From an uncultured cyanobacterium (GTDB lineage: Bacteria > Cyanobacteriota > Cyanobacteriia > Cyanobacteriales > CAWCAG01), in assembly GCA_963793425.1 (NCBI GenBank), contig CAWCAG010000009.1, positions 96,001 through 160,000 of the forward strand: a stretch of DNA of 64,000 bases, given 5' to 3'. Below, one piece after another: positions 10,193-20,567 of this stretch. Below the pieces are notes generated by a model. It had not been told where the DNA came from. It ran no database searches and was given only the letters and a program-made list of their open reading frames with translations. A program made the position numbers and the translations under genes. Numbering within the stretch: the first letter of the stretch is position 1; each line of letters starts with the position of its first letter.

Positions 10193-11245
10193 CTAAGGAA
10201 ATTCCAATATTTCTACTGGTATAACTTGAACCTGTAAATGAATAGGTTGACCCAACTCAGACTCTAAAAAAGCTTTGACTTGCTTTACTTGCTCTTCAGA
10301 AATAGAATTTAAAGGAGCAGCAACTTCTACTTCCACAAAAAGACCTTTTTTTCTAGGAAAAACTTTTAAATAACGAATATTGGTATCAGTAAAAACTCCT
10401 TTCTCTGTAGTAATTAACCTTTCAATATCTCGACGAAAATTCTTTTTAGCGAGAAGATTTTTTAATGATAAACCTAGAGGCAGCATCAATAATGAAAGCA
10501 TTACTAAAGAAACAAATAAACCTCGTCTGGCCCTTTTCAAGCTGCCGTAACGCTGACATAAAAAAACTAATCCGCCCGTAAAAATGATCCCTGTTAGATT
10601 AGTGACAAACAATACTGAAGCTCCCGTACTCAGATCATTTCTGCCTAAAGCTAAACCAATGCCAATTACGCTTAAAGGAGGAACCAACGCCACAGAAATG
10701 GCTACTCCTGGGAGAGCTTCAGCAATACGACGACGAGAGTTAGCAAATGCACCCGCAGCACCCGCAGCCATGGCTATTCCTAAGTCAATTAAGGTAGGAC
10801 TTGACCTTGCTAGAACTTCGGTTCCTACAGACTTTAGCCCTAGAATATACGTAGCTACGAAAGCAGTAATAATAGTTAAAACACAGCCTGTTAAGGTAGT
10901 GAGTAAAGAACGCTTCAACAAACGGCGATTAGCAACTACCATTGCATAAGCACTACCAATTATTGGTCCCATCAAAGGAGCAATAATCATCGCCCCAATG
11001 ATTACTGCTGCACTGTTAGCAAGTAAGCCTAAAGTGGCAATAACTCCAGAAAGCCAAAGCATAAAATAAAAGCCAAAAGAAGGAACTGAACTTTGCCAGA
11101 GGAGCTTATTTAAACTAGCAATTGGTACAGGTCTTTCTACTAACCACTTCCATTCACCACTATGAGCATTCCAATATTTGCCAATGATTTGTTGGGGGTA
11201 AAAAAGTCTTTTTGCTAAAAAAGACTTCATTTTAATCAAGCTCAT
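10193..11245 (-). CDS. DUF389 (TIGR00341-type) membrane protein
   Basis: IATLGLLANSAAVIIGAMIIAPLMGPI and LPGVAISVALVPPLSV. Confidence 0.88.
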   Translation of the reverse strand: MSLIKMKSFLAKRLFYPQQIIGKYWNAHSGEWKWLVERPVPIASLNKLLWQSSVPSFGFYFMLWLSGVIATLGLLANSAAVIIGAMIIAPLMGPIIGSAYAMVVANRRLLKRSLLTTLTGCVLTIITAFVATYILGLKSVGTEVLARSSPTLIDLGIAMAAGAAGAFANSRRRIAEALPGVAISVALVPPLSVIGIGLALGRNDLSTGASVLFVTNLTGIIFTGGLVFLCQRYGSLKRARRGLFVSLVMLSLLMLPLGLSLKNLLAKKNFRRDIERLITTEKGVFTDTNIRYLKVFPRKKGLFVEVEVAAPLNSISEEQVKQVKAFLESELGQPIHLQVQVIPVEILEFP

Positions 11246-11474
11246 AGTAAAGAAACTTTTGGTAGGTGTAGTGCGCGATCGCTAATCTTACCCTCTAAAA
11301 CAGTTTAATGGCAAAAAATAACTCCAAAGAAATACCCCAATGATTTTTACCTTAGAGAGATAACTGTGTATTATTATTTACTTCTGAGCTAAGAAAGGAT
11401 AAGTTTTGCTCAAGTCTTCAAAGTTTATTACCTGGGCTTGAACATAAAACTTATCCCTTTTATTTAAGTTGATT

Positions 11475-11753
11475 CTATGCTCTACGAGTGACTAGACCCC
11501 AGATGAAAATCAATAGCATTGCTCCTAGAACTGCAAAAATAATACTAGGAAGACTAAAAGTACCCGCTGCAGCTGCCGCTGCACCGCTACTACCAAATAA
11601 CATTTTACCTAAATAGCCTCCTACAAGGGCCCCTAAAATCCCTAAGCCCAAAGTTGCGAAGATGCCGCCTCCTTGATTTCCTGGATAAATAAGCTTCGCT
11701 AGCGCTCCAGCAATTAAACCTAAAAGTAACCAAGCAATAATACCTGTCATCAA
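11475..11753 (-). CDS. GlsB/YeaQ/YmgE-family stress response membrane protein
   Basis: IIAWLLLGLIAGALAKLIYPG...LGILGALVGG...AVLGAMLL. Confidence 0.88.
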   Translation of the reverse strand: MMTGIIAWLLLGLIAGALAKLIYPGNQGGGIFATLGLGILGALVGGYLGKMLFGSSGAAAAAAGTFSLPSIIFAVLGAMLLIFIWGLVTRRA

Positions 11754-11997
11754 TTTTCCTCCTGAAAACTAAACTCTATGCTTTACATTCTATGAGGATT
11801 ATTTTTACTTTGAGTAATACAAAATATTAATAAAAGCAAATTATAGTTAGGGAGAAAGTAGAGTATCTTCCTAAAGTTATAGTGAACGACTTGAGGAAAG
11901 TTGTTTTTTGTATGTACGAGGTATGATTGTTGATAAAGCCGGATTTTGGTATTATAATTGCAGACTTTAGTAATGTTAAAAAATAAGGCACTAATTC

Positions 11998-12183
11998 ATG
12001 CATTTACTAATAACAGAAGCAGCTTCCCAAGCAGGAAGTTTCCCTTTAGCTGCAACTATATTATTAGTTGTCGGCTTTATAGCTGCTGTCTCTATCGGCT
12101 CTATCGCTTGGTATAATTCTAAGCGTCCTGTAGGTTGGGAAGATAAAGAACGTCCTGATGTAGTTCCCAAGGTTGAGAAATAA
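11998..12183 (+). CDS. psb35: Photosystem II assembly protein Psb35
   Basis: Single TM followed by IGSIAWYNSKRPVGWEDKERPDVVPKV. Confidence 0.75.
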   Translation: MHLLITEAASQAGSFPLAATILLVVGFIAAVSIGSIAWYNSKRPVGWEDKERPDVVPKVEK

Positions 12184-12301
12184 ATTTCAATCTTGAGCTT
12201 TTATTGATTGCTAAGTTTGTGGCTTAACAGAATCTAAAGTTACAGAGACTTTCAATCTAACTAAATCAAAAAATATTAAACACAATTTTCAGTAAAAGAT
12301 A

Positions 12302-12643
12302 ATGAGCGAACAAAAAGCTTCTGGGGCTAACTACGACCGCAACTTAGTGAACGCGGAAACCGCAGCCCGCCAGGAAAGAGAAGGTAAAGATTTCAAGGAA
12401 ACCCCTGAGAAAGAAGGAGATATAGATACAACAAGTGGCTACACAGTAGATAAAGAAGGATTAGCCAATAATTATGCTGTTGAACCTGAAATATATGCAG
12501 AAACACCAGGGGATATGCAAGAAAAGAACGAAGAAGTAGCTGGAGAGCGCAGCCAAGAACTTAAAGAAGTTAATAAAACCGATGAAGATGGTAAACTCTC
12601 TAAGGATAAAGATGAACGTGGTAAAGGAACTGGCGTTATTTAA
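12302..12643 (+). CDS. Hydrophilic acidic hypothetical protein
   Basis: Highly charged; GYTVDKEGLANNYAVEPEIY segment resembles a cyanobacterial hypothetical family. Confidence 0.75.
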   Translation: MSEQKASGANYDRNLVNAETAARQEREGKDFKETPEKEGDIDTTSGYTVDKEGLANNYAVEPEIYAETPGDMQEKNEEVAGERSQELKEVNKTDEDGKLSKDKDERGKGTGVI

Positions 12644-12704
12644 TTAGACTTCTACTTCTTGAGTTAAGCAATTGAGTTAGTTCTCAAACAAACTAACTTT
12701 GATT

Positions 12705-12741
12705 AAAAAGGAGCTGTAAAAAATCAATACAGCTCCTTTTT
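12705..12741. terminator. Bidirectional intrinsic terminator
   Basis: 14-bp perfect inverted repeat AAAAAGGAGCTGTA/TACAGCTCCTTTTT between convergent genes. Confidence 0.85.
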
Positions 12742-12782
12742 CTGGTTTTTATTATTTGTCAGGGGAGAAGGTTTTTTTGCTC

Positions 12783-15080
12783 CTACGCACCCGACTCTTG
12801 TAATTTTTTGGTCTTTTCCTGGTCTAATTTAAGAATCAAAACACCCAAGGGAGGCAAACACAAATCTAAGGAATAAGAGTGATTATGGAATGACCACTCA
12901 TCAGTCCATTTTCCTCCTAAGTTCCCCATATTACTACCCCCATACTGACGAGCATCGCTATTAAATATTTCACTGTAGAAACCAGCTTCTGGAACCCCAA
13001 CTCGATAATGGCTATGGGGTTGGGGGGTAAAGTTGCAAACCGCTAGCAAAAAATCATCTGATTTCTCGCAACGACGCAAAAAAGAAACTACGCTATGGCT
13101 ATTGTCGCTACAATCAATCCATTCAAACCCTGCTTGTTCAAAGTCTTGGGTGTATAAGGCTGATTCTTTTTGGTAGAGGGCATTGATGTCACTGATGAAT
13201 TGCTTAAACTGCTTGTGAGGAGTATGTTCGAGTAAATGCCATTCTAAATCTGCCCAAACATTCCACTCACTCCATTGCCCAAACTCCATGCTCATAAACA
13301 AAGTTTTCTTGCCGGGATGAGCAAACATATAAGTAAACAAGCAACGGACATTAGCGAACTTTTGCCAAATATCACCAGGCATCTTGCCGATCATATTGCT
13401 TTTACCATGGACAATTTCATCATGGGAAAGAGCTAGCATATAATTCTCGCTATGGTTATACCACATACTAAAGGTGATATTATTTTGGTGAAATTGGCGG
13501 AACCAGGGGTCCATAGCGAAATAATCAAGCATATCGTGCATCCAACCCATATCCCACTTGAGGTTGAAGCCTAAACCTCCCATATAGGTAGGCCGAGAAA
13601 CCATAGGCCAGTCTGTGGATTCTTCAGCGATAGAAAGAATGCCGGGATAATAGCCAAAGATGACGTTATTTACCTGGCGCAAGAAATCAGCCGCTTCGAT
13701 GTTTTCTCGCCCACCATATTGGTTCACCACCCACTCTCCGGGTTCACGGCAATAGTCGAGGTATAGCATTGAAGCTACCGCATCAACTCTAATACCATCA
13801 ATGTGGTACTTATCAAACCAAAACAGAGCATTAGTAACGAGAAAGTTTCGTACCTCATTGCGGGAATAGTTAAAGACTAATGTTCCCCATTCTTTATGTT
13901 CTCCCTTGCGAGGATCAGCGTGTTCATAAAGATGAGTTCCGTCAAAGAAAGCTAAACCATGACCATCTTTAGGAAAATGTCCTGGAACCCAATCTACAAT
14001 AATGCCAATGTTATTTTGGTGGCACTTATCCACAAAATACATGAAGTCTTCTGGAGTGCCGTAGCGGGATGTGGGTGCAAAATAGCCCGTAACTTGATAG
14101 CCCCAAGAGCCATCGAAAGGATGTTCTGCTATGGGTAGTAATTCAATATGGGTGAAGCCTAATTCTTTGACATAGGGAATGAGTTTATCTGCTAGTTCGT
14201 AGTAGGTGAGGAAACGCGCTTCTGGTTTTAGTTCCGAAACCTGTACCTTTTCTCCTTCTCCTTGAAGAGTTTGAACAGGCTCTGCGGAGGAAGTATGCAA
14301 CCATGAACCCAAATGAACTTCATACACAGAGATGGGCTTTTTCAAAGCGCTAGTGTTGCGACGCTGTTCCATCCACTCTGCATCATTCCATTCATAGACT
14401 TCAAGGTCTGTAACGATTGATGCTGTTTTGGGGCGCACCTCTTGTTGGAAGCCGTAAGGATCTGATTTTTCGTAAATATGCCCTTCGTAGTTTTTGATCT
14501 CGTATTTGTAATGTTCTCCGGTGGCTATTTCTGGAATAAATAATTCCCAAATACTTTTGTTGCATTGGCGCATTTGGTGTTGTCGCCCATCCCATTGGTT
14601 GAAATCCCCTAAGATGGAAACGTTACGGGCATTTGGGGCCCAAACGGCAAAATATACACCTTTAATACCATCAACTTCTGTGGAGTGAGCGCCCAATTTC
14701 TCATAGATGCGATGATGGTTCCCTTCGGCGAAGAGGTGGAGGTCAAAGTCTGTTAATTTAGGAGAACGGAAAGCATAGGGATCATAAGTTACTCGTTCCC
14801 GTTCCCCTTCTTTAATCCGCAATTGATAATTATTAAGTTCAGTATCGTCTATCTCGCACTCAAAAAAGTTAGGGTGATAAACCGCTTTCATTTCATATTC
14901 TGTACGTTTATCAGGGCGAATCACCCAAACCGCTTCTGCTTTTGGCAAGTAAGCTCTCACAACCCAACTTTTAATTGTACCGTTTTCCTCTATAGGGTGG
15001 GAACCTAATACTTCAAAGGGGTTATGGTGTTGGTTCCAAACAATTTTGTCAACCTGTTCGGGAGCGATCGTTGTAGACAT
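12783..15080 (-). CDS. glgB: 1,4-alpha-glucan branching enzyme
   Basis: FAVWAPNA, YEVHLGSW, SWGYQ, DWVPGHF, RVDAVASM, AEEST, LSHDE. Confidence 0.97.
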   Translation of the reverse strand: MSTTIAPEQVDKIVWNQHHNPFEVLGSHPIEENGTIKSWVVRAYLPKAEAVWVIRPDKRTEYEMKAVYHPNFFECEIDDTELNNYQLRIKEGERERVTYDPYAFRSPKLTDFDLHLFAEGNHHRIYEKLGAHSTEVDGIKGVYFAVWAPNARNVSILGDFNQWDGRQHQMRQCNKSIWELFIPEIATGEHYKYEIKNYEGHIYEKSDPYGFQQEVRPKTASIVTDLEVYEWNDAEWMEQRRNTSALKKPISVYEVHLGSWLHTSSAEPVQTLQGEGEKVQVSELKPEARFLTYYELADKLIPYVKELGFTHIELLPIAEHPFDGSWGYQVTGYFAPTSRYGTPEDFMYFVDKCHQNNIGIIVDWVPGHFPKDGHGLAFFDGTHLYEHADPRKGEHKEWGTLVFNYSRNEVRNFLVTNALFWFDKYHIDGIRVDAVASMLYLDYCREPGEWVVNQYGGRENIEAADFLRQVNNVIFGYYPGILSIAEESTDWPMVSRPTYMGGLGFNLKWDMGWMHDMLDYFAMDPWFRQFHQNNITFSMWYNHSENYMLALSHDEIVHGKSNMIGKMPGDIWQKFANVRCLFTYMFAHPGKKTLFMSMEFGQWSEWNVWADLEWHLLEHTPHKQFKQFISDINALYQKESALYTQDFEQAGFEWIDCSDNSHSVVSFLRRCEKSDDFLLAVCNFTPQPHSHYRVGVPEAGFYSEIFNSDARQYGGSNMGNLGGKWTDEWSFHNHSYSLDLCLPPLGVLILKLDQEKTKKLQESGA

Positions 15081-15246
15081 TAAACTATCTTATTTATAAG
15101 GTTCGAGTGACCAATAAAACTATTAATAGGTTAACAATATTTAAGAATTGCTACAGATTTTTAGTTCATGGATTTTGGCCTAACATCTTACCCCAGATAG
15201 TTCGCACTTGCTCTACTCTGAAGCTTCATTTTCTCAACTTGTAAGC

Positions 15247-15564
15247 TTATAAAGGCGTTATGGTACGGAGTAACTTCCGTATTTGTAGCAAGAAAATAAG
15301 TTGTCTTGTTTTAGCATTCAGTTCTGGTGCGTAGGGAGACTGAGCTAACTGTGCTTCTAATTCGGCATACTCAGCCGCTGTGAGAATTTTGCCATCAATA
15401 GGCGATCGCGCTTCAGTGATGATTTCTGTCCGCAGCACCTCTTCTGGGATATCTTCAGGGGGAGGTAAAGCTAGGGTTGTTTGTATGCCTACGGGTAATA
15501 TTCCTAGATTTAGGGTAACTATCCTAGCCCAATACTTAGTTTTCATTCTAGATATACTAGGCAA
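15247..15564 (-). CDS. Conserved cyanobacterial hypothetical protein, probably exported (likely ATG start at 15546)
   Basis: Signal-like N-terminus, then ALPPPEDIPEEVLRTEIITEARSPIDG. Confidence 0.7.
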   Translation of the reverse strand: MPSISRMKTKYWARIVTLNLGILPVGIQTTLALPPPEDIPEEVLRTEIITEARSPIDGKILTAAEYAELEAQLAQSPYAPELNAKTRQLIFLLQIRKLLRTITPL

Positions 15565-15663
15565 GTTGATAAAAAATAAGACCTTGGATGTGTTAAAAAC
15601 AATTTGTGACGGGTGAAAACCGCGTCACCGATGTTTCTACTTAGATTTTAGTTTAAGTCCAAC

Positions 15664-15795
15664 TTATTCAGCCGGTGATGGTGCTTCTTCTTCTGTAGGA
15701 GATTCCACAGGTTCTTCACCAGCATCGTTACAAGCAGCAAGAGGTAGAATTGCAGATAGGATTAAAGCTAAACCGACGAGCTTTTTAAAGTTCAT
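15664..15795 (-). CDS. Small lipoprotein, 43 aa (below the ORF-track length cutoff)
   Basis: MNFKKLVGLALILSAILPLAACNDAGEEPVESPTEEEAPSPAE*; basic n-region, hydrophobic core, LAAC lipobox; AAGGA upstream of the ATG. Confidence 0.75.
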   Translation of the reverse strand: MNFKKLVGLALILSAILPLAACNDAGEEPVESPTEEEAPSPAE

Positions 15796-15987
15796 GTTTT
15801 TTCCTTACTATGGAGCTAATATTATAACTAAGCAACTCTAGCATGAAAGTTTTCTTCTTTCCTCTTTCTTGGGAAAGAAGCAAAGTAAGCCGTTTTTATA
15901 CTAGCAACTTTTTTGTTAAGCAATAGTTTGTTAGATGAATTTACCAAGAAAGATTTAACCTGGCCTTTACTAATTCTCTTCTTTTCC

Positions 15988-16878
15988 CTATTTACGAAAT
16001 TTACGAAGGGCATTTTTGACTTTTTTCTGAAGAGAAGGAACTAATTCTTGAGGGTGGCGAGAAAAATAGGTTACCTTAAGTTTGATGAAATCAGCAATAC
16101 TGTCTAGGAGAATATAACTTTCTCTTCGTAAATAAATCCAGATACTTTGATGATAAGGCAGCTTTTTCAAGTAACTATTTTCTAGTTTTTTTCGCCTTTT
16201 TAAGCTTTCACCACCGCGATAGTCGTTTAATGATTTTGTGCCTTCCAGTACTCGATAGTTACCCCAAGTTTCATCAACATATTTTATGTTAGCTACCTGA
16301 ACAGCTTTAAACAAGAAGTCTAAATCCATTATATAATCTTCTTCAAGATCATAATCACCTATTTCTTCATGCAGACATTTGTGATAAAAATAGGCAGCAG
16401 GATTGACAGGATGAGGATTAATCTTAAATCCTTTTAATAAGTCAGTTAAACACAATTTGTCTGGCTTGTTTATATATTTGAGCTTTCCTTTTTCATCCCA
16501 AACGTGGCAATTCCCTACTAGTAAACTTGGTTTTGGTAAATCTGTAAATAATTCCAAAACTCGATTAAGAACGTTTGCTTCGTAGTAATCATCTACATTC
16601 AAAATAGCAATAATATCACCTTTAGCTAGGGTGATACCTTTATTCATTGCATCAGACTGTCCTTGATCTGGAGCGGAAATCAAGCGAATGCGAGAATACT
16701 TTTCTGCATATTTTTTAACGATATCCACCGTACAATCTTGCGAGTTGCCATCCATAATAATATGCTCAATCTGAGAACAGTTTTGGGCAATCACAACTTG
16801 GAGACAGGCTTCAATATACTTTGCGCCATTATAGACAGGAGTGATAACACTAATTCGGTTTTGAGGTTCTAAGTTCAT
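15988..16878 (-). CDS. Glycosyltransferase family 2
   Basis: ISVITPVYN, DGNSQD, GQSDAMNKG, LNVDD. Confidence 0.9.
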   Translation of the reverse strand: MNLEPQNRISVITPVYNGAKYIEACLQVVIAQNCSQIEHIIMDGNSQDCTVDIVKKYAEKYSRIRLISAPDQGQSDAMNKGITLAKGDIIAILNVDDYYEANVLNRVLELFTDLPKPSLLVGNCHVWDEKGKLKYINKPDKLCLTDLLKGFKINPHPVNPAAYFYHKCLHEEIGDYDLEEDYIMDLDFLFKAVQVANIKYVDETWGNYRVLEGTKSLNDYRGGESLKRRKKLENSYLKKLPYHQSIWIYLRRESYILLDSIADFIKLKVTYFSRHPQELVPSLQKKVKNALRKFRK

Positions 16879-17087
16879 TGCACTTTCTAATTTTGAAATT
16901 TATTCTTGCCAATTTAAGAAATTCAGACTAGCGCGAAGAATATATGAATATGATTATCTGAAATTTTTGCGATCAAACGTTTTAAAATACGTATATTGCC
17001 ACACTTTATCTGCCTCTAATTTACAACAAGATTAAATAAGAATGTTACTATTGTCAGTGAAAAATAATTCAGATTTAATGCCTAACT

Positions 17088-18389
17088 ATGAAAGTTCTTT
17101 ATGATACATCATTACTTGGGGCTAGCACTGGGGCCTATGGTTTTAAATCAGGTTTATTCCGAGTAACAGAAACTCTAGCTTCTGAGTTGATGAATTTTCC
17201 CGAATGCGAACTTACTTTTGGTGCAGGTGTATCTTTAGAAATATGGAGTAACTCCCAGAGATATTTAGAGTCTCATTCTCTTTTTAAGGAAGTTCCTTTC
17301 GTTAGTAAAGATTCTATAATAAATGCCAGAAGAAAACTTTATAACTTAACTGAAAAATCTATTAATATTTCTCATAAGTTAGGCTGGCGTAGAACAAAAA
17401 AAATGCGCGAAAGCTTATTAAGTTTATTGGCATATAATTTCCAACCTCTTTCTATTCAAGATTTAAAAAACCAAGATATATATCACTCTCTATATCACGC
17501 TATTCCTCAAAGAGTCAAAACAGTAAGAAGCCTCACTAGTTTTTTGACGGTAAATGACATAATTCCCATTTTGTATCCTCATTTTTTTGGTCTAGATAAA
17601 AATTTTACTAAAGCCAAGAAAACTTATAACCTGAAAGCAAGTTTAGACAGCTTAGACAGAGATGATTGGCTAATTTGTATATCTCACTCGACAAAAAATG
17701 ACCTTTGTAACTACTTAGGCGACAAAATTGATCAGCAAAAAGTTTTTGTTACTCATTTAGCTGCTTCAGATTTATTTTATCCTTGTTTAAATGAGCAAAA
17801 ATTTGCGGCTATAAAACAAAGATATGGAATACCTAATGCACCTTATATCTTGAGTTTGAGTACCTTAGAACCTAGAAAAAATATTGAGCAAACTATTCGC
17901 TGTTTTGCGAAGCTAGTGCAACAGGAAAAAGTTCCAGACTTACATCTTGTTTTAGCCGGTAAAAAGGGCTGGAATTATGATAGTATTTTTAGCGAAATTT
18001 CTGATAACCCTCAAATAAAAGAGCGAGTTATTTGTACAAATTATGTAGCGGATGAAGATTTAGCAGCCCTTTATAGTAATGCTTTGGTATTCGTCTATCC
18101 TTCTTTTTATGAAGGCTTTGGTTTACCACCTTTAGAGGCTATGCAATGTGGCACTCCAGTAATTACTTCTAATACTTCTTCTTTACCAGAAGTTGTTGGT
18201 GAGGCAGGAATTATGGTTGATCCCCAAGATGAAGATGAACTTTGTCAGCAAATGTTGAAAGTTTATAATGATTCTTCATTGAGAAACTCTTTAGCCGTAA
18301 AAGCAAAGGAACGTGCTAAAAAGTTTAGTTGGTCAAAATGCGCCCAGGAAACTATTGAAGCTTATCAATATGCCTTGGCTAATCGCTAG
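17088..18389 (+). CDS. Glycosyltransferase family 4
   Basis: [28 protein letters not shown]. Confidence 0.92.
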   Translation: MKVLYDTSLLGASTGAYGFKSGLFRVTETLASELMNFPECELTFGAGVSLEIWSNSQRYLESHSLFKEVPFVSKDSIINARRKLYNLTEKSINISHKLGWRRTKKMRESLLSLLAYNFQPLSIQDLKNQDIYHSLYHAIPQRVKTVRSLTSFLTVNDIIPILYPHFFGLDKNFTKAKKTYNLKASLDSLDRDDWLICISHSTKNDLCNYLGDKIDQQKVFVTHLAASDLFYPCLNEQKFAAIKQRYGIPNAPYILSLSTLEPRKNIEQTIRCFAKLVQQEKVPDLHLVLAGKKGWNYDSIFSEISDNPQIKERVICTNYVADEDLAALYSNALVFVYPSFYEGFGLPPLEAMQCGTPVITSNTSSLPEVVGEAGIMVDPQDEDELCQQMLKVYNDSSLRNSLAVKAKERAKKFSWSKCAQETIEAYQYALANR

Positions 18390-19204
18390 TTGTCAATATC
18401 AAGCCGTTCTATAATAGTTTTAACTTCTGTTGGAGAAAGGTCATAAACCCTGGCAATTTGCTCTATAGTTAAACCCAGAGATAAGAGTCTAGTTATAGCT
18501 TGTTGACGTTCTTTTTCCGCTCGATCTGCTCGTTGGCGCTCAGACTCTGCTCGTTGACGCTCAGACTCTGCTCGTTGGCGCTCAGACTCTTCAGGAAGAG
18601 GATAAGGATTACCTTGTTCGTCATACCAGTATAACCATTCCCTTGTCCACACTGTATAAGTCCCTCTACTTCTACCAATTCCTAAGCCTATTTCTGGTAG
18701 CCAATAGGGTTCATTATTTGCTTGTAAGATGTATTCTCCCTCTTCCAAACGATACAACTCCAGAGGCTGATGCTTGTCTCTTTGCCAATGATTGGGGTTA
18801 TAAATCAGGTAGTAAACTACTCCTAAGTTGCGATACTTTTCTTTCTTCTGTTCGTACTCATCGTTATATTTCTTAGAAACCACTTCGATAGCAAGCAGAG
18901 GGGGAACCTGATTTTCTTCCCATAACACATAACTCAGTCTTCCTCTTTCTCCTTTGCGTCTAGTTACACCAACACTGAGGAAACCATCAGGTACTAATAC
19001 TGGTTGACGTTGGTTTTCCCAGAGATAGTAGATGCCCATATCTACTCCAAAAAACCAATCTTGACGTTCTCGCCAAATAAAAGCTAGGATAGTTAAAAGT
19101 AAGTTAGGAACTAGATTTTGTAGTTCATTATCCACAGGGGTATCATCAGAGCAAGGTAACTCTTCACTGGTGGGTAAACGCGAAAGCGGTTCAAATTGTA
19201 CCAT
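18386..19204 (-). CDS. Uma2-family endonuclease with C-terminal heptad repeats
   Basis: LPCSDDTPVDNELQ, VPDGFL, AIEVVS; (ESERQRA)x3 tail. Confidence 0.9.
   Translation of the reverse strand: MVQFEPLSRLPTSEELPCSDDTPVDNELQNLVPNLLLTILAFIWRERQDWFFGVDMGIYYLWENQRQPVLVPDGFLSVGVTRRKGERGRLSYVLWEENQVPPLLAIEVVSKKYNDEYEQKKEKYRNLGVVYYLIYNPNHWQRDKHQPLELYRLEEGEYILQANNEPYWLPEIGLGIGRSRGTYTVWTREWLYWYDEQGNPYPLPEESERQRAESERQRAESERQRADRAEKERQQAITRLLSLGLTIEQIARVYDLSPTEVKTIIERLDIDN
18528..18590. repeat. 3 x 21-bp in-frame tandem repeat inside the Uma2 gene
   Basis: GCTCGTTG(G/A)CGCTCAGACTCT at 18528, 18549 and 18570. Confidence 0.9.
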
Positions 19205-19256
19205 CTGTGGTTACTCCTTTGAGTTAGGGAGGTGTTCTAATTTATTAATAGTAAGC

Positions 19257-20471
19257 CTAATATTGTTCACTCACTGCTTGCCAAGAATATTCTGCTTGTA
19301 GCAACTCATATCCCTCTTTAGCTAAATTTCGTCCCAGGTTGGGATTAGACCAAAGTTGACTTACCGCAGCAACAATTTCTTCTACACTATCTCTAATCAG
19401 TAAATGTGTGCCATCTTCAGCTTTAATGCCTTCAGCCCCCTTACTTGTACTAACCACAGGACAGCCAGCAGCGAAAGCTTCCAGGATTTTCAGGCGCGTA
19501 CCTCCTCCTTCTAATAAAGGTACTACCATGACCCTAGCAGCAGCTAAATAGGGACGAATATCTTCCACCTTACCAGTAACAATTATACCTTCTTCTTTCT
19601 TGGCTATCTGTTTCATGTAAGCTGTGGGGTTGCGCCCGACTAAAAGTAAGCGACAATGGGGATAAATTTCTTGCAATCGGGGATAGATTTTTTCTACTAG
19701 CATCCTCATAGCAACAAGGTTAGGTTCGTGGGTATAGGAAGCTGTAAAAATCAGGGTTTGGGAGTTTGGCGACAACTCTGGGGGTATATGACATTGACCA
19801 AGGCGTACTGGGTCGTAGTATTCTGGATTAACACCATTAGAAACAACATGGGTATCAACTTCTTTTGTGGCTAACTTTTGCAGAAGAGAAGCATCTTCCT
19901 CGCTACAAACCCAAACTTGATCTGTTTGCTCAAAGAGATTCTGCTCTATAGTTTCTATATGTTTTAGCCAAGATTGAGAAACCTTTTTGTCCAGACTGGT
20001 TTGCATATCTTGACGCAAAAAAGTTTCGATATTATGAGCATCATAAATCACTTTGCAATCATGACGTTTAAATAAGCTTAAGTAACGGTGGAGCCACAAT
20101 TCTTCTAAGATGACGATTGAAGGTTTAAATTCAGCTAATATTTCCTTGATTTGTTTAACTACAACCTCTCCATATAACTGATTACTCCAGGGATGATGGG
20201 CAGGTTGCAACCACCACAACTTATCTTTGACTTTCCTAAAGAGCGATCGCCGCTTCGCAAGTTCCTCAAAATAATAGTTATGCCAAATCTCCACTCCTTC
20301 AGGAAATTTCCCCTCACCCTTTACTTTCTCAGAAACAATTGAAACAACGGCTACTGACCCCAGGGTTTTCATGATATTAATATTTTGCCAGTTGCGTAAA
20401 GCGACTCCACCCATAGGCGGATAGGGTAAATGCCTGGTTATAAACAGGGTAGAAATTGCTTTTTTATTCAC
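19257..20471 (-). CDS. Glycosyltransferase family 4
   Basis: PYPPMGG, DAHNIE, VPLLEGGGTRLKILEAFAAGCPVVST. Confidence 0.9.
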   Translation of the reverse strand: MNKKAISTLFITRHLPYPPMGGVALRNWQNINIMKTLGSVAVVSIVSEKVKGEGKFPEGVEIWHNYYFEELAKRRSLFRKVKDKLWWLQPAHHPWSNQLYGEVVVKQIKEILAEFKPSIVILEELWLHRYLSLFKRHDCKVIYDAHNIETFLRQDMQTSLDKKVSQSWLKHIETIEQNLFEQTDQVWVCSEEDASLLQKLATKEVDTHVVSNGVNPEYYDPVRLGQCHIPPELSPNSQTLIFTASYTHEPNLVAMRMLVEKIYPRLQEIYPHCRLLLVGRNPTAYMKQIAKKEEGIIVTGKVEDIRPYLAAARVMVVPLLEGGGTRLKILEAFAAGCPVVSTSKGAEGIKAEDGTHLLIRDSVEEIVAAVSQLWSNPNLGRNLAKEGYELLQAEYSWQAVSEQY

Positions 20472-20500
20472 TGAGAATTGCTTCTAATAAAAATAACAAA

Positions 20501-20531
20501 GGGCGGATTAGATTCTCAGCTAAACCCGCCC
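20501..20531 (-). terminator. GC-rich hairpin downstream of ilvB (terminator or REP-like)
   Basis: GGGCGGATTAG...CTAAACCCGCCC imperfect inverted repeat. Confidence 0.5.
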
Positions 20532-20567
20532 ACAAGTTTATATATCCCAATCTTCAGCTAAATACTG

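Noticed and set aside
7646..10949. Plus-strand ORFs 7646-7858, 7919-8272, 9571-9957 and 10584-10949 (similar shadows at 30741, 39372 and 58642)
   Set aside because: Antisense shadows of well-supported genes, with no independent motifs.
18528..18590. Possible CRISPR array
   Set aside because: Contiguous in-frame repeats without spacers; no repeat-spacer array or cas gene was seen anywhere in the window.
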